Positions 57,334 to 64,000 of a stretch of DNA of 64,000 bases are shown here, piece by piece. Every line of letters starts with the position of its first letter. Position 1 is the stretch's first letter. The notes beneath the pieces are model-generated. The model had not been told where the DNA came from. It saw only the letters and a list, made by a program, of their open reading frames with translations, and did no database searches. The stretch comes from an uncultured Enterobacterales bacterium (GTDB taxonomy: Bacteria; Myxococcota_A; UBA796; JAFGLY01), in contig CAYZVO010000001.1 in the NCBI GenBank assembly GCA_964481655.1, positions 63,002-127,001 on the forward strand, given 5' to 3'. The translations under genes and the position numbers were made by a program.

Positions 57334-58202
57334 CAGGCCTGCTGGGATCCGATCCGCAGCGCGAAGGCCCGATCCTGGCCGGCGTCGGCGAGGCCCTCGG
57401 TCCAGCGGGTGACCTGCAGGACCTCCGCGGGGGTCCGGTGGGGCAGGTAGGCGTCGACGATGGCGGCGGGCACGACGATGCTGCCGTCCTCGGGAGAGTC
57501 GCAGCGGATCATCGGGCCGTTGCCCGCGTGGTAGACGGCGATGACCTCGAGGGTCACGGTGGCAGGGGCCGCGGCCGGCTCCCAGGTGATCTCCCAGTCC
57601 TGGCCCGACTCCGGGGGGGCGTCGCAGTCCATGCTGGTGCTGATGCTGGCCGGCACCTGGGCGCTGGTGTCGAAGGCCGGGAGCTCGGCCCCCGCGGCGC
57701 TCAGGGTCAGCGTATCGCCGGGCTGCAGGGTGTCGGCGGCGGGGCTCTCGCTGGGGCTGAGCAGCCCGGAGACGAGCTGGTAGTCGAGGTTCAGGGAGGG
57801 GCCCTCGACGCCCATCGCGCCCGGGTCCAGCTGACTCCACCAGGGCTCGCAGCTGTCGGTGGGGGCGCAGTACTCGTCGTCTCCGCAGCCGCCGTCGCAG
57901 AACCCGTGGGCCCAGGAGTCCACCAGGACGCACTCTCCGTCCTCCTGCAGCAGCTCGCTGCTGTACTCCCACAGCTCGCCCCAGCGCTGCCACGTCGGCA
58001 CCCGGTCCATGGGGCCCCAGCCGTAGGCGCTGACCATGGTCGTGCCCGGGCTGTCCAGGCGCTCGATGGCGACGAGGGGGATGGCCCCGATCACGCCGGG
58101 ATCGCTGGTGATGGGCGCGGTGTCGTCTGGAACGCTGGAGTCCTGGCTGGGGGACGGGCAGGCGCCCAGCAGGGCGAGGGTCAGGGCGGACAAGCTGCGC
58201 AT
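57327..58202 (-). CDS. Lipoprotein, hypothetical (Cys-rich)
   Basis: Track ORF is 57327..58295. ATG at 58202 gives MRSLSALTLALLGACPS (lipobox). Overlaps the convergent caspase gene end by 7 nt. Confidence 0.55.
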   Translation of the reverse strand: MRSLSALTLALLGACPSPSQDSSVPDDTAPITSDPGVIGAIPLVAIERLDSPGTTMVSAYGWGPMDRVPTWQRWGELWEYSSELLQEDGECVLVDSWAHGFCDGGCGDDEYCAPTDSCEPWWSQLDPGAMGVEGPSLNLDYQLVSGLLSPSESPAADTLQPGDTLTLSAAGAELPAFDTSAQVPASISTSMDCDAPPESGQDWEITWEPAAAPATVTLEVIAVYHAGNGPMIRCDSPEDGSIVVPAAIVDAYLPHRTPAEVLQVTRWTEGLADAGQDRAFALRIGSQQACY

Positions 58203-58338
58203 CGCGGGCTCCGGATCGGACCTTCGGAGTGTAGCGCGGTGACCCGATCCGCGGCCTGAAAGGGCGCTGTCGGTGCCGTGGGCGCAGCGTGACATTAGGC
58301 ATGCTTCAGGCTTTCACTCGTCCGTCGGAGGGAAGTGT

Positions 58339-61300
58339 ATGCCCCTGCTCCTGCTGCTCTGCTGTTGGCTGGCCCTGGTCCCGGCCATCGCACAGGAACA
58401 GGTCGACCCCGCGCTGCAGCGCGCCGCCCTCCAGCAGGATCTGCTGCCGGCCCTCGCCGCCCGCAGCCAGGCCGCCCAGGCGCGCATCGACGCCGCTGAG
58501 CGCTGGTTCGCGGGCGAGGGCGCTTGGACCGAGGCCTTCCCGGATCTCGCCGGCGCCCCCATCGGCGACCCGGCCTTCTCGCGGGCGCTGGCCTGGCAGC
58601 TGCAGGAGCGCGCCGAGCAGCGCGCCACCGAGCAGGCCGCCGTGGCCCCCGTCGGCCTCGAGGGAGCCGACGACGCCCTGCTCGATCGCTGGCGTGGCGC
58701 CCTCGCCGATGCCTGTGGCCTCGAGGAGCGCGCCGACCAGCTCGAGCAGCGCTTCGTGGCTGGGCTGAGGGCGGGGCTCCAGCGGGCGCCGGGGCTGCAG
58801 CAGGCCGCCATCGAGCAGCAGCTCGCCAGCTGGACCCCGCTGCTCGCGGCCGCCGAGGATCCCGACGCCAGCCCCGAGGAACTGGCCCTCGCCGCCGCCG
58901 CCGGGGGCGCCCAGGCGGAGCTCGAGCGGCTGCGCCAGCTGGCCTGGCGGGCCGCCACCGTCCCCGGGGACGACGCCCTGGGGTTGGCGGTCGCCGAGCA
59001 GCTCGCGGCGCTCCCCGAGCAGCTCCCCGAGGATCCCGTCGAGTCCCTGGAGCTCCCGGCGCGCGTGGATCGGCTCGAGCGGGTGGCCCCGCTGCTGGCT
59101 CCGGATCAGCGCGCCGCCGTCGACGCCCTGGTGCTCGGCCACGAGCAGCTCGCCCTGGGCGCCGAGAAGCAGCGGCTCGAGGCCGCCCTCGCCGCCGAGG
59201 ACGCGGCGGCTGCCCCCGGCGAGGATCTCCCGGTGGAGCAGCTCGAGCAGCAGGTCCTCGAGCTCCACGAGACCCTCGAGCGCGCCCGCAAGGAGCTGGG
59301 AGGCGAGCTCCACGAGGCGGGCCAGGACGGCATGCATCAGGAGGTCGCCCAGCTCCGGGTCTGGCTCGAGGAGAAGCGCCTGGCCGCCCGGCAGGGGGCC
59401 CTCGAGCGTGCCCGCCGCCTGGCCAACGCCGGGCTCGAGCAGGAGCAGAACGAGGCCCGGCTGACCGAAGCTCGGCGCGAGGCCGACCTCGCCCAGCAGA
59501 AGGCCGACGAAGAAGCCGAGCGCGCCTCCCAGGCCGAGGCGGTCCTGCGCCAGCAGGTGGCCCAGCTCCGGGGTGAGATCGCGGATCTCGTCGAGGGCGA
59601 GGCCACCCGCAGGGACGCGGCGCTGGCGTCCATCGACGCCCTGGGGGCTCGGCTCGAGAGCCAGGCCGACGCGCTGCACGCGGCGATGTCTCTGCCTCCC
59701 CTCGACCCACAGCGGCAGGTGCGCATCGACGATGCCTACCTGGGCCTGCGCCAGATCGTCGACGAGCTCCGCGACGACGTGTCCGCCCGGGTGAGCGTGC
59801 TCGACGCGCTGCAGGCCGAAGGCGACAGACGCCTCGAGCGGCTCGAGGGCGCCACCCCCGCGGTCGATGTCCAGGCGAGCTCGGGTCCCATCCGGGAGCT
59901 CACGATCGACGCCCAGACCGCGCGGGGCGATCTCGCGCTGGCGCTGCAGGAGCGGGAGCGCAACGCCGACGACGAGATCGGCGCGGTGCTGCGGATGCTG
60001 CGCGGCGCCAAGGTGCAGCGTCGCGTCGGCCGCGGCGAGGCCTCCGTCAGCGCCCGGCGGGATGTCTCCCGGACCTTCCTGCCCGAGCTGGTGGCCGAGC
60101 TCGCCGAGTTGCCGACCCGCGTGGGGCATCAGCTGCGGCAGGCGGGCCCCTGGCTGCGCTCGCTGCCCGGCAAGCTGCTGGACCTCGCGGCCATCTGGGT
60201 GCTGCTCGCCGGCTCCGTCGAGCTGTTCCTGCTCGGCTTGCTCTGGGTCTGGCTGCGGCGCGCGGCGCCGGGCTGGCTCGAGCGCCTGCTGGCCCAGGCC
60301 CACGAGGCCTCCCAGGATCGCGACGCCCGGGGCCTGCCCCGCTGGCTGGCCCTGCAGGCTCAGCGCTGGCTCGAGCCCGGTGACCTCTCCCGCCTCGGGC
60401 GCCCGTGGGGTGCCCTGGTCCAGGCCCTGGTCGACGCCCTCGCCGCCTGGCAGCTGGCTCGCTTCCTCACCGAGGCCCCGGCCATCGTCGCCCTGATGGC
60501 CTGGGGCTTCGCCGCCGTGATCGCCTGGCGCGCGCTCCCCACCGTGGTCCCGGCCATGCTGGCCACGCCCGACGAGCAGCGACCGTCGCTGCGGGTCCTG
60601 TCCCCGGCCGCCCGCGAACGGGTGCTGTGGACCGGACGCCTGGTGGTGGGCTGGTGGCTGGTGCTGGTGCTCTGCCAGGTGGCGGCCCTGCGCCTGCTCG
60701 ACGCCGATCGGGTGCTCGAGCTGGTCAACGCGGTGGGGACCATCGCCTTCTGGGTCATCGTCGTGGTGGCCCTGCATCGCTGGAGCCCCGCGCTGGTGCA
60801 CGCCCTGGGGGAGCAGCCCGACAGCCGCCTGGTGCGCTGGGCTGGCCGCAGCTCGAGCTCCTGGCTGCTGCGCACCCTCCAGGGGGCGACGGCCCTGGGC
60901 CTGCTCGCCAGTCAACACGCCGCCCGCCTCGGGACCCGGCTGGCCGGCGGCGGCCCCAGCATGTCCCGGCTGGCCGCGCTGGTGGCCCGGCGGCAGCTCC
61001 GGGACACCACCGAGCGCCGCGGTGTCCCCCTCGAGCCCGCCCTCATCGAACGGCTCGAGGCCATGCGCCCACCCCTGGCTGGCGTGGAGCAGGTCCACGG
61101 TGAGTTGGTGGAGGCCCACGCGGCATGGCTCGACAGCCGCCGTCGGGGCCTGCACGTGGTCACCGGCGACCGCGGCCTGGGGCGCTCCACCCTGCTGCGC
61201 CGTGTAGGCCAGGCCCTGGTCACCGAGCACAAGGTGCTCAACCTGCAGGTGGAGCGCCGCATCGACGGGCCCGAGCAGGCGCGGGCCTGGCTGGCCAGCA

Positions 61301-62109
61301 CCGCGCTGGGTCGCAGCGGCGGGGCGGTGCCGTCCCGGCAAGAGCTCATCGACGAGATCTCCCTGCTCCCTGGCCCCCGGATCTTCCTGGTGGACGACAT
61401 GGAGCGCCTCCTGCTGCGCGAGGTCGGCGGCTTCGAGGCGCTGCGGGTGGTGCTGCAGGTGCTGCACGCCACCTCCGACGAGCACTTCTGGGTCTGCGGC
61501 TTCCACGGCCCCACCTGGAGCTACCTGCGGGGCGTGCCCGGGGTGTTCGACCCGGCCTTCTTCCACCAGGTCCACCCGCTGCCCGCCGCCGGGGCCGACG
61601 CCCTGTCCCAGTGGCTGGGCACCGTCACCCAGCAGGCCGAGCTCGAGCTGTCCTTCGACGATCTGGCGGGCATCGGGCCCAACACCCTCGAGGCCGAACG
61701 GCTCCGCGGCCGCGCCCGGGTGGCGTTCTGGCGGCTGCTGGCCGACGCCAGCGCCGGCAACCCCGAGGTCGCCCGCGCGCTGCTCCTGGGCGGCGCGACG
61801 GTGGACGGCGCAGCGCTGCGGGTGGGGCTGTTCGACGAGCCGGTCCCCGCCCAGCTGCAGGATCTGAGCGACAACGAGCTGTTCGTACTCACCGCGGTGG
61901 TGGTCCACGATCGCCTGGCGGTGGATCAGCTCGCCCGGGCCCTCAACCTCCCCCGCAGCGGGGTGCGGACGGCCTGCCAGCGCCTGGTGGCCCGGGGCAT
62001 CCTGGCCAGCGAGGGCTACGAGGACAGCTCCGAGTACCACCTCGAGCTGCCCTGGATTCCCGCCGTGGAGCGGCACCTGCGCAACAAGAACTTCCTGGCG
62101 GCGAGGTAG
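58339..62109 (+). CDS. Large membrane protein: signal peptide, ~570-aa periplasmic coiled coil, multi-TM block, cytoplasmic P-loop NTPase (Walker A Lys->Arg) and winged-helix domain
   Basis: ATG at 58339 follows GGAGGGA and gives MPLLLLLCCWLALVPAIAQEQ. A long A/L/E/Q/R-rich heptad-like region. TM helices from ~60180 to 60900. VVTGDRGLGRSTLLRRV (61165-61191). RIFLVDDMERLLL (Walker B, from 61381). C-terminal LSDNELFVLTAVVVHDRLAVDQLARALNLPRSGVRTACQRLVARGIL. Confidence 0.7.
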   Translation: MPLLLLLCCWLALVPAIAQEQVDPALQRAALQQDLLPALAARSQAAQARIDAAERWFAGEGAWTEAFPDLAGAPIGDPAFSRALAWQLQERAEQRATEQAAVAPVGLEGADDALLDRWRGALADACGLEERADQLEQRFVAGLRAGLQRAPGLQQAAIEQQLASWTPLLAAAEDPDASPEELALAAAAGGAQAELERLRQLAWRAATVPGDDALGLAVAEQLAALPEQLPEDPVESLELPARVDRLERVAPLLAPDQRAAVDALVLGHEQLALGAEKQRLEAALAAEDAAAAPGEDLPVEQLEQQVLELHETLERARKELGGELHEAGQDGMHQEVAQLRVWLEEKRLAARQGALERARRLANAGLEQEQNEARLTEARREADLAQQKADEEAERASQAEAVLRQQVAQLRGEIADLVEGEATRRDAALASIDALGARLESQADALHAAMSLPPLDPQRQVRIDDAYLGLRQIVDELRDDVSARVSVLDALQAEGDRRLERLEGATPAVDVQASSGPIRELTIDAQTARGDLALALQERERNADDEIGAVLRMLRGAKVQRRVGRGEASVSARRDVSRTFLPELVAELAELPTRVGHQLRQAGPWLRSLPGKLLDLAAIWVLLAGSVELFLLGLLWVWLRRAAPGWLERLLAQAHEASQDRDARGLPRWLALQAQRWLEPGDLSRLGRPWGALVQALVDALAAWQLARFLTEAPAIVALMAWGFAAVIAWRALPTVVPAMLATPDEQRPSLRVLSPAARERVLWTGRLVVGWWLVLVLCQVAALRLLDADRVLELVNAVGTIAFWVIVVVALHRWSPALVHALGEQPDSRLVRWAGRSSSSWLLRTLQGATALGLLASQHAARLGTRLAGGGPSMSRLAALVARRQLRDTTERRGVPLEPALIERLEAMRPPLAGVEQVHGELVEAHAAWLDSRRRGLHVVTGDRGLGRSTLLRRVGQALVTEHKVLNLQVERRIDGPEQARAWLASTALGRSGGAVPSRQELIDEISLLPGPRIFLVDDMERLLLREVGGFEALRVVLQVLHATSDEHFWVCGFHGPTWSYLRGVPGVFDPAFFHQVHPLPAAGADALSQWLGTVTQQAELELSFDDLAGIGPNTLEAERLRGRARVAFWRLLADASAGNPEVARALLLGGATVDGAALRVGLFDEPVPAQLQDLSDNELFVLTAVVVHDRLAVDQLARALNLPRSGVRTACQRLVARGILASEGYEDSSEYHLELPWIPAVERHLRNKNFLAAR

Positions 62110-62112
62110 GGG

Positions 62113-62943
62113 ATGGACGGCTCAGAGACCACCAACCTGCTGCGCTTCATCGTCCTCGAGCGCATCCCCTACGCCCTGGTGGTGGTGGTCGTCACCGTCG
62201 TCGGCGTGCGCATGCTGGTGCGCTTCCTCGACGCCATGGGCGAGCGCTTCACCGGCTACCGCCTGCTGCTCAAGCAGGCCTCGGCGGTCACCCGCTTCGC
62301 GTTCATCATCCTGGCCACGGCGGTGGTCGCGTCCAGCATCTTCCACTTCACCGACGAGCTGCTGCTGGCCGTCGGCGGTTCCGTGGCGGTCGCCGTCGGC
62401 TTCGCCTTCAAGGACCTGCTGGCCTCGCTGATGGCGGGCATCATCCTGCTGTTCGACCGGCCCTTCCAGGTGGGAGATCGGGTGGAGTTCGACGGCTCCT
62501 ACGGCGAGGTCAAGGAGATCGGCCTGCGCACCGTGCGCCTGGTCACCCTGGACGACAACCTGGTCTCCATCCCCAACCACCGCTTCCTCAACGACGCCGT
62601 GTCCTGCGCCAACGCCGGCGCCCTGGACCAGATGTGCGTGCTGGACTTCTGGATCGGCTGCGCCGAGGACTTCGGCCTCGCCAAGCGCCTGGCCTACGAG
62701 GCGGCCGCCACCAGCCGCTACGTCTACCTGGACAAGCCCATCCTGGTGAACGTGCGGGAGGTCCCGGTGGGCGCGGGCACCGAGCGCTTCGCCATCAAGA
62801 TCACGGTGAAGGCCTACGTGCTCGACGGCCGCTACGAGACCGCCTTCGGCACCGACATCACCGAGCGGGCCAAGCTGGCCTTCCGCTCGGCGGGCATCCG
62901 CACCGCGGGCGAGCTGCCCTGGGCGCCAGCTCCGGTGGCTTAG
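62113..62943 (+). CDS. MscS-family mechanosensitive channel (minimal, 276 aa)
   Basis: ATG lies 3 nt after the upstream stop. Three TM helices, then FKDLLASLMAGIILLFDRPFQVGDRVEFDGSYGEVKEIGLRTVRLVTLDDNLVSIPNHRF. Confidence 0.88.
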   Translation: MDGSETTNLLRFIVLERIPYALVVVVVTVVGVRMLVRFLDAMGERFTGYRLLLKQASAVTRFAFIILATAVVASSIFHFTDELLLAVGGSVAVAVGFAFKDLLASLMAGIILLFDRPFQVGDRVEFDGSYGEVKEIGLRTVRLVTLDDNLVSIPNHRFLNDAVSCANAGALDQMCVLDFWIGCAEDFGLAKRLAYEAAATSRYVYLDKPILVNVREVPVGAGTERFAIKITVKAYVLDGRYETAFGTDITERAKLAFRSAGIRTAGELPWAPAPVA

Positions 62944-63851
62944 CCGTCGAGCTGGAGCTTCGCGATCAGCCGGGGCACCGGGAGGTCGCAGCGGCCGCAG
63001 TACAGGGCCAGGATCCAGGTGTCCGCGTCGGTCAGGCCGGTGAAGTCGGTGGGGCCCTCGAGCGCCGACAGCAGCGCCTGGGGTTCGTCGACCTCGAGGC
63101 TCCAGCGCTCGGCCGCGGCGTCGTCCCAGCCCAGCATGGCGCTGGCCTGGTCGCCTTCGGTGAAGCGGTACAGCACCACCCGGTCCAGGTCCTCCGGGTC
63201 CACCTCGCGCCCCTGGGCGTCGGTGCCCAGGCCCGACCAGTCGATGCTCACGTCGGTGCCCGCGGGGGTGGGGACGGCGTCGTCCGCCAGGGCGAGGGTG
63301 GCGCTCATGGACGATGAGCCGTCGCTGAAGGCGTAGTCCTCGGTGGCGCTCGCGGCGCTGGGCTCGAGGAAGGCGTAGGCCCGGGGGCCGGCGTCGGCGT
63401 CGCCCTTCAGCTCCACCAGCCACAGGCCGAGCCCGTCGACGAAGTCGCTCTCGGGGATGATCCAGTGGCCGATGGTCACGAACTCGGACAGCAGGCAGCT
63501 GCTGTCGGTGGGGGTGCAGCTGACGATGAAGCTGACGTCGCTCTGCTCGAGGGACTCCATGGCCAGGCCGTCCATGATGGTGGTCTGGTCCAGGGTCAGG
63601 AACGAGAAGATGCGGGCCTGGGTGATGTCGACCGCGGGGTCGATGGGGCGGCCCATCAGGTCGGCGCTCAGATCGCCCCAGGAGATGGTGTGGTCCAGGG
63701 CCTGGGCCAGCGGCACGCTCTGGGCCTCGAGGCCGACGACCAGCGTCGCGTTGTGGCTGTCACCGACGGTGGCGGTGCCGCCGCTGGGCTCGTCTCCGGT
63801 GTCGTCGGCGGGGCAGCCCAGCAGCAGGAGGAGGGGGAGGACGCGGTGCAT
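62940..63851 (-). CDS. Lipoprotein, hypothetical
   Basis: MHRVLPLLLLLGCPADDTGD (lipobox). Its stop overlaps the convergent MscS stop (TTAG). Confidence 0.55.
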   Translation of the reverse strand: MHRVLPLLLLLGCPADDTGDEPSGGTATVGDSHNATLVVGLEAQSVPLAQALDHTISWGDLSADLMGRPIDPAVDITQARIFSFLTLDQTTIMDGLAMESLEQSDVSFIVSCTPTDSSCLLSEFVTIGHWIIPESDFVDGLGLWLVELKGDADAGPRAYAFLEPSAASATEDYAFSDGSSSMSATLALADDAVPTPAGTDVSIDWSGLGTDAQGREVDPEDLDRVVLYRFTEGDQASAMLGWDDAAAERWSLEVDEPQALLSALEGPTDFTGLTDADTWILALYCGRCDLPVPRLIAKLQLDG

Positions 63852-63906
63852 GGGCAGGCCTGGTGGGGGTGGGGGGTGGACGATAGCGCGAAGGGCCGGG
63901 CGGTGC

Positions 63907-64000
63907 CTACATCACGCTGCGGGGGTCCACATCGACGGTGATGCGCACCCCCCGCCGCTCGCGCCCTCCGCCCAGCAGGATCGAGGCGTGGGCGTCGAGC
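63907..64000 (-). CDS. 3' end of an unidentified gene entering from the right edge
   Basis: Manual translation of the minus frame: ..LDAHASILLGGGRERRGVRITVDVDPRSVM, with stop TAG at 63909-63907. Only 30 codons are visible, so the family is not identifiable. Confidence 0.35.
   Translation of the reverse strand, partial: LDAHASILLGGGRERRGVRITVDVDPRSVM

Noticed and set aside
58306-62076. 1256-aa minus-strand mirror ORF opposite the large ATPase gene, plus other shadows there (58295..59710, 58524..59576)
   Set aside because: These are R/P/G-rich shadow ORFs. The plus-strand frame has a signal peptide, TM helices, Walker A/B motifs and a wHTH.

Overview
Very GC-rich, gene-dense chromosomal segment. 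Third codon positions are almost always G/C, and every region carries long spurious R/P/G/A-rich ORFs in the wrong frames. I call 54 protein-coding genes: two run off the window edges and one is frame-disrupted. I found no rRNA, tRNA, CRISPR array, transposase or integrase. The content points to Myxococcota (inference): three MYXO-CTERM-like sorting tails, MopE-type Cys-rich 'putative metal-binding' repeats in four genes, a Ser/Thr kinase, an ECF sigma factor, and about 14 lipoproteins. Most genes are envelope, signalling or housekeeping functions. These include a penicillin-acylase-like protein, an OmpA-family protein, two MscS channels, a TetR-controlled SDR/MBL/sulfatase-like operon, methylmalonyl-CoA epimerase, a free-Met-sulfoxide-reductase-like GAF protein, and a DUF1460-GT2-HIT-like-SpoIID cassette. 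Best candidates for something new: (1) a five-gene, translationally coupled module at 52893-57333 (extremely acidic lipoprotein made of four exact twin-CX9C units, second lipoprotein, ECF sigma, anti-sigma, exported caspase-like peptidase); (2) a 1256-aa membrane-embedded P-loop/winged-helix protein with a periplasmic coiled coil, abutting a minimal MscS channel (58339-62943); (3) a G14 homopolymer that breaks a GT-C-like membrane protein gene; (4) an orphan PilB/GspE-type ATPase with tandem MshEN c-di-GMP motifs next to a GGDEF cyclase; (5) a Ser/Thr kinase-TM-LytTR fusion. All calls rest on reading the translations; no database search was run.
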